Source: Pyrinomonadaceae bacterium (GTDB lineage: Bacteria > Acidobacteriota > Blastocatellia > Pyrinomonadales > Pyrinomonadaceae). Taken from it: a stretch of DNA of 64,000 nucleotides. A program made the position numbers and the translations under genes. Each line of letters begins with the position of its first letter. The stretch's first letter is position 1. The notes beneath the pieces were generated by a model. It was not told the DNA's origin. It worked only from the letters and a program-made list of their open reading frames with translations, and made no database searches. Below, piece after piece: positions 18,301 to 24,984 of this stretch. The stretch spans positions 27,815 to 91,814 of the forward strand of contig DASWRG010000058.1 of NCBI GenBank assembly GCA_036403295.1. The letters are read 5' to 3'.

Positions 18301-19061
18301 CGAACGGCATAGTGCCTTATCGGTCAACAGCACTAGCATTTCTTGACTCGCCAATAGCAGTGTCCGTGCCTGGTTCGATGGTCAACAAGCTCACCGTGAC
18401 TGGCGGAGCCACAGGCACTAATCCTGAAATCGCCGCGACCGGCAGCGACTCTACTCTTGATGCTGTGATTAAGGGTACGGGCGACAGTACGGGAATTATT
18501 GTTAAGAGTGGCTCCGGCATAAATCCCAGCATTCACTTTGGTAGCACTAGCGGCGGGATTGTTCTCGGCTCGACCGATGGTCAGAGTGTTTACATAGGAG
18601 GAGCCAACGGCCCGATCATGGGCGTGGGAACGGCCACCGTCGGCATCAAGGCTTCTTCAGTTTTTGGCTTCACGCAGGGACAGTTCTACGAGGCGATAGA
18701 TACTGGCTTAGCGAGAAACGCTGCCGGACGATGGGAAGCCAACAATGGCACGCCAGGAGTGTTCAGGGACTTCAAGCTTCGCCAGCTCTATTTAGACCCG
18801 ACAATGACGACTGCCGGCACGACCGGCGCGCAGACCATTAACAAAGCGGCTGGGAGTGTGAACTTTGCTGCTGCTGCAACGTCGCTTGTGGTGACTGATA
18901 GTTTGGTGACTGCGGCCAGCATCGTCGTCTGCACAGTGCAGACCAACGACTCGACTTTGAAGAGCGTGCAGTGTGTGCCTACTTCGGGAAGCTTTACGAT
19001 CTATGCGAACGCTGCGGCCACAGCTGAGACGAAGATCGCATTTGTTGTGATCAATCAATAG
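15372..19061 (+). CDS. Tailspike/tail fibre-like protein: Sec-type signal peptide, cadherin/Ig-like domain, pectate-lyase-superfamily beta-helix with an inserted LamG-like domain
   Basis: - The N-terminus MTRTIKNLFHALVIIACLFVAAGSARA-TAP reads as a signal peptide.
- LQGNDPDGTALVFAF...GYTGTDGVFFAV is cadherin-like.
- YNIDDWGAKPNDATFDSQPAIQAAVDA...VYVPIGTYYL is Pectate_lyase_3-like.
- A LamG-like block sits at ~16850-17390, after which beta-helix-like repeats resume.
- ATG 15372 with GGAG upstream is preferred over TTG 15354. Confidence 0.7.
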   Translation: MTRTIKNLFHALVIIACLFVAAGSARATAPTATTFTANVSTVGATLIQLQGNDPDGTALVFAFQSSPLHGTITAFNSATGYFVYTPNSGYTGTDGVFFAVTSGGQTSSSATCSIVVTNAKTRIIDTLVDASGNARQGSVTFILTMPVTSPAGVMPTGSTVSSALNSSGQFDVSVYPSRALSPQSFYQVWYADSASLKRELIGVYDIPASVTSITLAGRRVIDTNLAKQYVFVSVAELEAHTSAVATRTLSELLGPNLTIGGTMTAQKFEGNCGDCTGITGQVGGNSALNTLTQGGDTDADGTGKVAFQTRNIDRLVINNDGGIDLKGGFPTSTLAGLPAVGNVGRIYRLTDGNKGLVIDTGVTWKSLNGGDYNIDDWGAKPNDATFDSQPAIQAAVDAVEALATASGRTKSARVYVPIGTYYLSKPVRFKIDGTIFTGAGKSLSILKAKSGLGGGNLLVVGPGTNANPSLSYDDVPTTTALATGTGAAYSMPAGNSIYFNFRDSAAWDIDGRTAMSLEFIFKPTVLDGTYRTILVGGGNESPNQAGNNYTLVVAVTTNNALETSIRLGDTLYTLTSANNSLVAGSSYVVQFNFSPNADPTKADVRQFLNGTLTASTTTATGKYAVTQHEYEDVILGQYFQTWPEYNAVLNSISCVVDSIRLSSVARNTAGYSAPLTKLVSDGNTLWLTNWLIDGMQMVATSSYGTEYLPLRRPTFINLANYVEISNMRLEPDGGSGRVGGIYAYLSPRANFHDLYIDFSRVGIRFFDNSFLSSVRDVEIYGDTNSRGNIFNLSSSGVNYFDNLQLFGPNYNIVGINGGGQINHSFLHGGVRYNLVLGNADSTSTGTWTLNDVSVSDEDASFSPEAHYQGPAMLFNMRGFQMLGGTLESVYYTSKYPRISGGDKYTFVGTVFNTNSANDRQIDFPEAGNLPLSPVMLVNAKNCGATYPPTSCTEIPWTTSARAANVVVVGASIAINPTNGIVPYRSTALAFLDSPIAVSVPGSMVNKLTVTGGATGTNPEIAATGSDSTLDAVIKGTGDSTGIIVKSGSGINPSIHFGSTSGGIVLGSTDGQSVYIGGANGPIMGVGTATVGIKASSVFGFTQGQFYEAIDTGLARNAAGRWEANNGTPGVFRDFKLRQLYLDPTMTTAGTTGAQTINKAAGSVNFAAAATSLVVTDSLVTAASIVVCTVQTNDSTLKSVQCVPTSGSFTIYANAAATAETKIAFVVINQ

Positions 19062-19344
19062 TTGCGAAATGCGCTGCTGCCGACGCATACGCTTGGAGGA
19101 CTATTTACTAATGCGGCTGTAAGCTGGAAATTGGGTCTTTATAATGCGCTCCTCCCCGCACTTTATACAACGCTCCACGTATTCGTGCGGGGAGAGGCGA
19201 ATCGAAGTCTTCTGAAAGGTGTGGTCACAAAAAAACGACTTGAGGGCGGCGAGCCATTTCATGTTGAAAGATTAGCACAAAGTTTGACACAGTCAAAACA
19301 GAATTCCGATTCACTTTTATCGTGTCCACTTTTTGTCCATTTAT

Positions 19345-19384
19345 AGTGCACTTGAGTGCTCAAAAGTGCGCGGAAGTGCACTTC
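19345..19384 (+). repeat. Four tandem 10-bp repeats AGTGCNCNNN (AGTGCACTTG AGTGCTCAAA AGTGCGCGGA AGTGCACTTC)
   Basis: Read directly. The spacing is exactly 10 bp (one helical turn), in the non-coding border after the tailspike gene. Confidence 0.7.
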
Positions 19385-19678
19385 TCGCTTCTCTCGAAAC
19401 TAAGCTTAAAAGGCCGAATTTATTGAATCATTGATTTAAAATAGCTGTGCCAGCTCAAATGGAGCGCACAGGGGGGGCCTGTTTGGCGTTCGAGCTGGCA
19501 CGGGCGGGTACTATCGAAGTTCGGGCTTTGGATGACTGTCTTGCGACCGGCTGGCCTTTTAGACGACCAACCCTCATCCTCAACGCAAGGGATTATACAC
19601 CTCTTGTCGAAACTGTCAACGCTTTTTTGTGACTAATTCGACAAAACTCAAACCGGCTGAAATCGGCCTCTTTCGCAT

Positions 19679-19708
19679 TTGACACTCCACCGCAACTCTC
19701 CTTATACT
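19679..19708 (+). promoter_or_regulatory. Candidate promoter of tRNA-Phe (TTGACA, 18 nt, TATACT)
   Basis: TTGACA at 19679-19684 and TATACT at 19703-19708, about 35 nt upstream of the tRNA 5-prime end. Confidence 0.5.
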
Positions 19709-19741
19709 GCCCCTCTTTCCGCCGAAGTCTTCAGGAAAATC

Positions 19742-19817
19742 GGCCAGGTAGCTCAGTCGGTAGAGCGCGGCCCTGAAAAGGCCGGCGTCGGCGGTTCGAT
19801 TCCGTCCCTGGCCACCA
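19742..19817 (+). tRNA. tRNA-Phe (anticodon GAA), CCA encoded
   Basis: The cloverleaf was folded by hand:
- acceptor GGCCAGG/CCTGGCC;
- D arm GCTC-AGTCGGTA-GAGC;
- anticodon stem CGGCC/GGCCG with loop CTGAAAA;
- T arm GGCGG-TTCGATT-CCGTC;
- discriminator A followed by CCA. Confidence 0.9.
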
Positions 19818-19820
19818 GGT

Positions 19821-19906
19821 AAGGTTCAAGGTTCAAAGTTCAAAGTTCAAGGTTGAAAGGCACGGCTTTTCTGTCCTTGAACCTTAAACTTTGAACCTTG
19901 AACCTT
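19821..19906. repeat. Tandem-unit hairpin element, GTTCAAR family
   Basis: The left arm is aaggttcaaggttcaaagttcaaagttcaaggttgaaagg, the loop is 14 nt, and the right arm is ccttgaaccttaaactttgaaccttgaacctt. It lies between the tRNA 3-prime end and the stop of the convergent gene at 19907. Confidence 0.85.
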
Positions 19907-20362
19907 TTATCTTTGCCAGTAATTTTTGATCTTCTGTGCGAGCAATGGAAAGGGGACGTATTCGGCATTGCGTCCGGCGCGGCGCAGCTCTTCGACCATC
20001 CGCATCGCGCCGTCCGCGTTGCGCGTGTGGACGAGGATGGTCGAGGCGCGTTGAATCTCAGGCGAGGTGGCGAGCCAGAGGGCGATGGCGTAACCCGTGC
20101 GCGCGTCGTCCGTCGTCTGCGAGTGATAATGCTCCGGCAGTAGGTCGTGATCGAGAAAGATCGCGTCGTAATAATTTTGAGTTAAAAGCTCGCGCGCCTG
20201 CGTGACCGTTTCGGCGATGTCCAAATAGTCGCCTTGAAAGCGACGCGCGAACCAATCATGCCGCCGCGTGTCGTCGTCCAGCAGAAAGACACTAATCGGA
20301 TGACGCTCGGCGGAAACATTCTCTAAGCCCAGCTTGCGCATCAGTCCACGCCAAATACTCAT
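19907..20362 (-). CDS. Stand-alone receiver-like protein resembling the cyclic-phosphate-processing receiver (cREC) domain
   Basis: ISVFLLDDD...YDAIFLDHDL...TGYAIALWL...ILVHTRNADGAMRM follows the pattern I associate with cREC/REC-like domains. ATG 20362 is preferred; the longest ORF starts at GTG 20398. Confidence 0.55.
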   Translation of the reverse strand: MSIWRGLMRKLGLENVSAERHPISVFLLDDDTRRHDWFARRFQGDYLDIAETVTQARELLTQNYYDAIFLDHDLLPEHYHSQTTDDARTGYAIALWLATSPEIQRASTILVHTRNADGAMRMVEELRRAGRNAEYVPFPLLAQKIKNYWQR

Positions 20363-20587
20363 CTGTTTATAAATTAGCTCCCGACGTGCGGCTCGCACTT
20401 TTTTTTAAGATGTAAGATAGAGCGATTGAAGCTTCAACTATATCACACACGTCGGCGGGCTGATATTCGAGCGCATGTCAGACGCATAAAGCGTCATCAC
20501 TTCATGCCTGACTTTTGCCCTTTGCCTTCGCGGTGTGCTAAAAACTTTATTCATTAAATCGCATCAGACAGTTTAAAATTTTCACAG

Positions 20588-22747
20588 ATGAAGCAAATTT
20601 TACAGAATCTTAAAACGGGACAACTGAACGTGGCCGAAGTCCCGCCGCCGGTCGCAGGGCGCGGGCGCGTGCTGGTGCGCACAGCCGCCTCTTTAATCAG
20701 CGCGGGCACAGAGCGCATGACTGTGGACATGGCGAAGAAGAGTCTTCTCGGCAAAGCGCGCGAGCGTCCAGACCTCGTCAAGCAGGTGATTCAGAAAGCT
20801 AAAAACGAGGGCTTGTTGAATACCTTCAATGCCGTGCGTTCAAAGCTCGGCTCTTCGACTGCGCTCGGCTACAGCGCGGCGGGAATCGTCGCGGGCGTCG
20901 GCGAAGACGTGACCGAGTTTCGCGTGGGCGACAGAGTCTCTTGCGCCGGCGCGGGCTACGCTTCGCACGCAGAGGTGCTGTCCGTGCCGAAGAATCTGTG
21001 CGTGCGTTTGCCTGAGAAGGCGACGTTTGAAGCCGGAGCTTTCGGGACGCTCGGAGCCATCGCGCTTCAGGGCGTGCGTCTCGCAGAGCCTACGCTCGGC
21101 GAAGCGGTGGTCGTCATCGGCCTCGGACTTTTGGGTCAACTCACCGTGCAGCTTTTGAAAGCCAACGGATGCCGCGTCTTCGGTCTCGATATTGATCCGA
21201 AAAAAATTGAGCTGGCGCAACAGCTCGGCGCGGAAGGCGGCGCATTGAGTGATGCTGATGCGAAGAGCGCTGTCATGCAGTGGTCGCGCGGACGCGGCGC
21301 GGACGCGGTGTTGATTACGGCTGCGACTTCATCGAATCAGCCGGTCGAGCTGGCGGGCGAGATTTCGCGTATGAAGGGGCGCGTCGTGGCCGTCGGTCTT
21401 GTGGGTCTGGACGTGCCGCGTCATCTCTATTACAACCGCGAGCTGACGTTGAAGATTTCGATGTCTTACGGCCCCGGTCGTTACGATCCCGAATACGAAG
21501 AGCGCGGGCACGATTATCCCTTCGCTTATGTGCGTTGGACTGAGGGGCGCAACATCGAAGCTTTTCTTGATCTGGTCGCGGAGGGGCGCGTCAACGTCGA
21601 GCGGCTTATCACGCATCGCTTCTCGATTGACGAAGGCGAGCGCGCGTATCAGCTCATCTCAGGCGAAGTCAAAGAGCCTTATCTGGGCGTGCTGCTCAAT
21701 TACGACACAGAGCGCGAACTGCCAAAGAGGATTGAGACGGGCAAAGCTTCGGCGCGTCAACAAGCTTCGACGCAACAGAGCGTGCGGCTCGGAATGATCG
21801 GCGCGGGCGGTTACGCGAAGTCTATGCTGCTGCCGAACTTCAAAACTTGGGGCGCGGATTTCAGGGCGATTGCGACTGCTTCGGGCGTCTCCGCGCGCGA
21901 CATCGGCGAGCGTTACGGCTTCGCTTACTGCGCGTCCGGCGCGGACGAGATTATCAATGATGATGAAGTGACGCTGATCGTCATCGCCACGCGGCATGAC
22001 ACACACGCGCCTCTCGCGCGCCGCGCGCTCGAACGCGGTCGCCACGTTTTTGTCGAAAAGCCTCTGGCGATGAATGACGAAGAGCTTGAGGGCGTGCTTC
22101 ACGCCGCCGAAGCTTCTGAAGGAAAGCTAATGGTCGGCTTCAATCGCCGCTTCTCGCCGCACGCGCGGGCGGCGCGAGATTTTTTCGCGGGCAGGCAGTC
22201 GCCGCTCTCCATCAGTTATCGCGTGAACGCGGGGCGCATTCCGCGCGAGAGCTGGATACAGGACGCGCGCGAAGGCGGCGGGCGTATCATCGGCGAAGTC
22301 TGCCACTTCATAGACCTCATGCAATTTCTGACCGGAGCAGTCACGACGCGCGTCTACGCCGAATCAATCACGAGCCGCAATCAGCAGAGCGTGGATGAGG
22401 ATTCCGTTTTCATCACACTGAAATTTTCCGACGGCTCGAACGGCTCTATCGCTTATCTCTCAGAAGGCGACAAGGCTTTGCCGAAAGAGCGCGTCGAAAT
22501 TTACGGCGAAGGCAAGACTTTCGTGTTAGACGATTTTCGCAGTGTGACGATGTACAGAGGCGGGCGCGAGGAAACGGGCAGACTTCGCAATCAGGACAAA
22601 GGGCAAGCGGATGAAGTGCGCGCCGTGTGCGCGGTCGTACGCGAAGGCGCGGACGCGCCCATCACGCTCGATGATCTGGCCGCGACGACGCGCGCCACGT
22701 TCCGCATACGCGAATCGCTCAGGACGGGACAGCCGGTTGAAGTTTAG
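20588..22747 (+). CDS. Bi-domain oxidoreductase (N-terminal Zn-type alcohol dehydrogenase/MDR fold plus C-terminal Gfo/Idh/MocA fold)
   Basis: 719 aa. The N-terminus MKQILQNLKTGQLNVAEVP...SLISAGTERM and the GLGLLGQ Rossmann motif mark the MDR part. The second half carries VRLGMIGAGGYA...EKPLA, typical of Gfo/Idh/MocA. Confidence 0.8.
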   Translation: MKQILQNLKTGQLNVAEVPPPVAGRGRVLVRTAASLISAGTERMTVDMAKKSLLGKARERPDLVKQVIQKAKNEGLLNTFNAVRSKLGSSTALGYSAAGIVAGVGEDVTEFRVGDRVSCAGAGYASHAEVLSVPKNLCVRLPEKATFEAGAFGTLGAIALQGVRLAEPTLGEAVVVIGLGLLGQLTVQLLKANGCRVFGLDIDPKKIELAQQLGAEGGALSDADAKSAVMQWSRGRGADAVLITAATSSNQPVELAGEISRMKGRVVAVGLVGLDVPRHLYYNRELTLKISMSYGPGRYDPEYEERGHDYPFAYVRWTEGRNIEAFLDLVAEGRVNVERLITHRFSIDEGERAYQLISGEVKEPYLGVLLNYDTERELPKRIETGKASARQQASTQQSVRLGMIGAGGYAKSMLLPNFKTWGADFRAIATASGVSARDIGERYGFAYCASGADEIINDDEVTLIVIATRHDTHAPLARRALERGRHVFVEKPLAMNDEELEGVLHAAEASEGKLMVGFNRRFSPHARAARDFFAGRQSPLSISYRVNAGRIPRESWIQDAREGGGRIIGEVCHFIDLMQFLTGAVTTRVYAESITSRNQQSVDEDSVFITLKFSDGSNGSIAYLSEGDKALPKERVEIYGEGKTFVLDDFRSVTMYRGGREETGRLRNQDKGQADEVRAVCAVVREGADAPITLDDLAATTRATFRIRESLRTGQPVEV

Positions 22748-22770
22748 ATTAGAAGCAAAGTCTGAATCTT

Positions 22771-22867
22771 TTCTTTGCGTACTTTGCGTGTCCCTTCTTT
22801 GCGGTTAAGTTATTTTTTAACGCAAAGAGCGCAAAGGTTGAAGACGCAAAGAAACGCAAAGAGGGAA
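22771..22867. repeat. Tandem-unit hairpin element, CTTTGCG family
   Basis: The left arm is ttctttgcgtactttgcgtgtcccttctttgcggttaa and the right arm is ttaacgcaaagagcgcaaaggttgaagacgcaaagaaacgcaaagaggga. Confidence 0.8.
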
Positions 22868-22958
22868 GATGAGATTTCTGCTTGTCTTATTTTTGTGCTA
22901 TGACATCTGAATTTTTAAGAGAAATTCGAGCTTCTTAGTGAGTCTTGACGAAACGCTC

Positions 22959-22986
22959 TTGCAATCTGTGAAGCGAGTGCTATAAT
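22959..22986 (+). promoter_or_regulatory. Candidate promoter (TTGCAA, 16 nt, extended TGcTATAAT) for the DnaC-like gene
   Basis: TTGCAA at 22959-22964 and TATAAT at 22981-22986. Confidence 0.45.
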
Positions 22987-23116
22987 CCGCCCGCCTCTAA
23001 AAGTGATTCGTGAGGAAGTGCAAGGGGTCATAGCAGATTTCGCAAAACCGGCGCGATTCACATCCAGCGCATCTCTGATTTAATCGAAGTTCCCTAGAAA
23101 AAGCGTCTCGCATTCG

Positions 23117-23923
23117 ATGGCATCTGACAACGCCAAAATTTTTTCGCTCTTCCCCGTGCCGGACGCCGCGCCCGACGATTCCACAGAGCGAGACAATTTA
23201 GCTCCGGCTCATCAGCCGGACGTGTGCCCGGCCTGTTACGGCACAGGGATGGAAGTCGTGGCGGGCAGGGGGGCGCGTCCCTGTCATTGCCGCAAGCAGG
23301 AGCAGCGCGCCAAGTGGCTCGAATCGGCGCGCATCCCGCGACGCTACGAGAAATGCTCGTTTCAAAATTTCTATCCGACGCAAGGCAAGTTCTACACAAT
23401 CCAGCTCAACGCCTTTAAGTATGCCTTCACGCTCGCGCGCGAATATCCGGCGGTGGATCGCGGCCTGCTCTTTATGGGGCCGGTCGGAGTGGGCAAGACT
23501 CATCTCTCCGTCGCCATCCTGCGCGAGCTGATTGAGAAGAAAGGCATGACCTGTCTCTTCTACGAATTCGGCTCGCTCCTCAAAGAGATACAGAACTCCT
23601 GGAATCCTGTCTCGCAGACTTCGGAACTGAAAGTCTTAGAGCCTGTCTTTCAAGCAGAGGTCTTGGTCTTGGATGAGCTTGGCGCATCAAAGCCGACCGA
23701 TTGGGTCAGAGACACGATGATGCAGATCATCAACACGCGTTACAACGACCGGAAGCTGACCATCTTCACGACTAACTATTTGGACACGCGCCGCGCCGAG
23801 AAAGAAGAAACTCTAGAAGACCGCATCGGCGTGCGCCTGCGCTCGCGTATCTTCGAGATGTGCAAGACCGTGCAGATCGAGGGCGAAGACTACCGCAAGA
23901 AATTCGACGGGCAGCAAGCTTAA
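23117..23923 (+). CDS. DnaC/DnaI/IstB-like AAA+ ATPase with an N-terminal Cys4 zinc ribbon
   Basis: It has Walker [11 protein letters not shown], Walker B LVLDELG, and CPACYGTG...RPCHC. No IstA-type transposase is adjacent. Confidence 0.7.
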   Translation: MASDNAKIFSLFPVPDAAPDDSTERDNLAPAHQPDVCPACYGTGMEVVAGRGARPCHCRKQEQRAKWLESARIPRRYEKCSFQNFYPTQGKFYTIQLNAFKYAFTLAREYPAVDRGLLFMGPVGVGKTHLSVAILRELIEKKGMTCLFYEFGSLLKEIQNSWNPVSQTSELKVLEPVFQAEVLVLDELGASKPTDWVRDTMMQIINTRYNDRKLTIFTTNYLDTRRAEKEETLEDRIGVRLRSRIFEMCKTVQIEGEDYRKKFDGQQA

Positions 23924-24001
23924 ATGTTGACCGGGCTTCTCCTCACGCTGACGTAAATCATCCATCCATCACAAGAAAACCTGCTCCGGCTCAGCCCTAT
24001 T

Positions 24002-24217
24002 AGCCCCGCCAGGGGCGGCATAGATTTATGCTAATCAAAAGTAGAGCGTGATTAAACGGAAAAGCTTTATCTTTGCGCTCTTTGCGTCTTCCTTCTTTGC
24101 GGTCTTTGCGTTTAAGTTGAAGCTTAAACGCAAAGCACGCAAAGGAAATCTCGCAAAGTACGCAAAGTTATTTTCTACTCTTGTTTCGCATAGATTTATG
24201 TCGCCCCTGACGAGGCT
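24002..24217. repeat. ~216-bp imperfect palindrome: a CTTTGCG-family hairpin (core 24071-24168) enclosed by ~30-bp outer inverted repeats
   Basis: The outer arm 24002-24031 matches the reverse complement of 24188-24217 at 25/30 positions by hand alignment. The inner arms are ctttgcgctctttgcgtcttccttctttgcggtctttgcgtttaag / cttaaacgcaaagcacgcaaaggaaatctcgcaaagtacgcaaag. Confidence 0.7.
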
Positions 24218-24313
24218 GGAACTCATTCTGGCTTATGTCGAATTCACGTTAAATTAGATAGCTCGCCCGTGATATTTATGATATAAAAGGCCGCAAGTAA
24301 GGAGCTAACTCAT

Positions 24314-24946
24314 ATGCGATTCTTCATCCGTCTCCTAGCTTCGCTGTTGACTTTCGCTGTCGGTCTCACTACCGTCGCCGTCTGGTCTGTCTTTCAACCA
24401 TCGTCGCAGCCTGCTCAGACCAGCGAAGCTGTGTCGGTTGCTATCACGGGCATGAACTTTTTCGGCTGGCGTGGTGAAACGCCGTCGGGCTTGGAATTGG
24501 AATCGTCGAAATTTTCTTCCGCCGTGCCAACATACTACCGTTTGGAGTCATGGCATGCTGCCGACCCATCACAGCCGGGGATGATAGACGTGGTTTTCCA
24601 TCTCGAAAATCATGGAAGCCAGCCTGTCAGCCTTATGGTAATAGCCATCGGCAAGCTAAACAGCATTCCTCATCAGGCGGAAGGAACATCGGAAGCCGGG
24701 CGTATCCCTTTGCTCACCGAACAGCAGAATATCGGTCAGCGAGTCATACGCGATCTTGCGCCCGGCGAGTCGAGAGAGATTACATTCGCCGGCATCGACT
24801 TGAAGGAGATGGCGAACAAATATCTGCGAAAAGAGTTTGGTCGCCTGCGTCCCTTCGAGTTGATGGTGAAGATAGATGTGAGCACGCTCGACAATAAGCA
24901 AGTGGCGGAGTTGCAAAGCATATTGCCACTGTCCTTCGAGCGTTGA
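24314..24946 (+). CDS. Hypothetical membrane-anchored/secreted protein
   Basis: 210 aa with an N-terminal hydrophobic helix, and an AAGGAG RBS 8 nt upstream of the ATG. Confidence 0.5.
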   Translation: MRFFIRLLASLLTFAVGLTTVAVWSVFQPSSQPAQTSEAVSVAITGMNFFGWRGETPSGLELESSKFSSAVPTYYRLESWHAADPSQPGMIDVVFHLENHGSQPVSLMVIAIGKLNSIPHQAEGTSEAGRIPLLTEQQNIGQRVIRDLAPGESREITFAGIDLKEMANKYLRKEFGRLRPFELMVKIDVSTLDNKQVAELQSILPLSFER

Positions 24947-24984
24947 GCAACTCAACTCTGCGCGACATCGCTCCCTCCATCCAA

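Larger units (their letters stand above)
1..19400 (+). mobile_element. Prophage (or phage-derived) late-gene module with lambda-like head-tail gene order. The left end lies outside the window and the right end lies somewhere in 19062-19740.
   Basis: Contiguous co-directional genes recognisable by motif and order as W, B, protease/capsid, FII, U, V, G/GT, H, M, L/J and tailspike. Starts and stops are tightly coupled. None of the host-type tandem-unit hairpins occur here. Confidence 0.8.

Noticed and set aside
17000-19400. Diversity-generating retroelement targeting the tailspike C-terminus
   Set aside because: There is no reverse transcriptase ORF, and I saw no template-like repeat of the C-terminal coding region in the adjacent non-coding DNA.
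19062-19632. ORFs 19062-19346 and 19447-19632 in the prophage border
   Set aside because: The first starts at a TTG immediately after the tailspike stop with no RBS. Both have unremarkable composition and lie over hairpins and repeats, so they are treated as non-coding.
19742-19817. tRNA-Phe as the prophage attachment site
   Set aside because: The prophage lies upstream of the tRNA 5-prime end, the tRNA is intact with its own promoter, and I saw no duplicated 3-prime fragment in the window.
24018-24200. 13-bp direct repeat GCATAGATTTATG flanking the hairpin at 24071-24168, considered as a target-site duplication
   Set aside because: The 13-mer is itself nearly palindromic. Together with its flanks it forms a ~30-bp inverted repeat (25/30), so it is better explained as the outer stem of one long palindrome than as a TSD.
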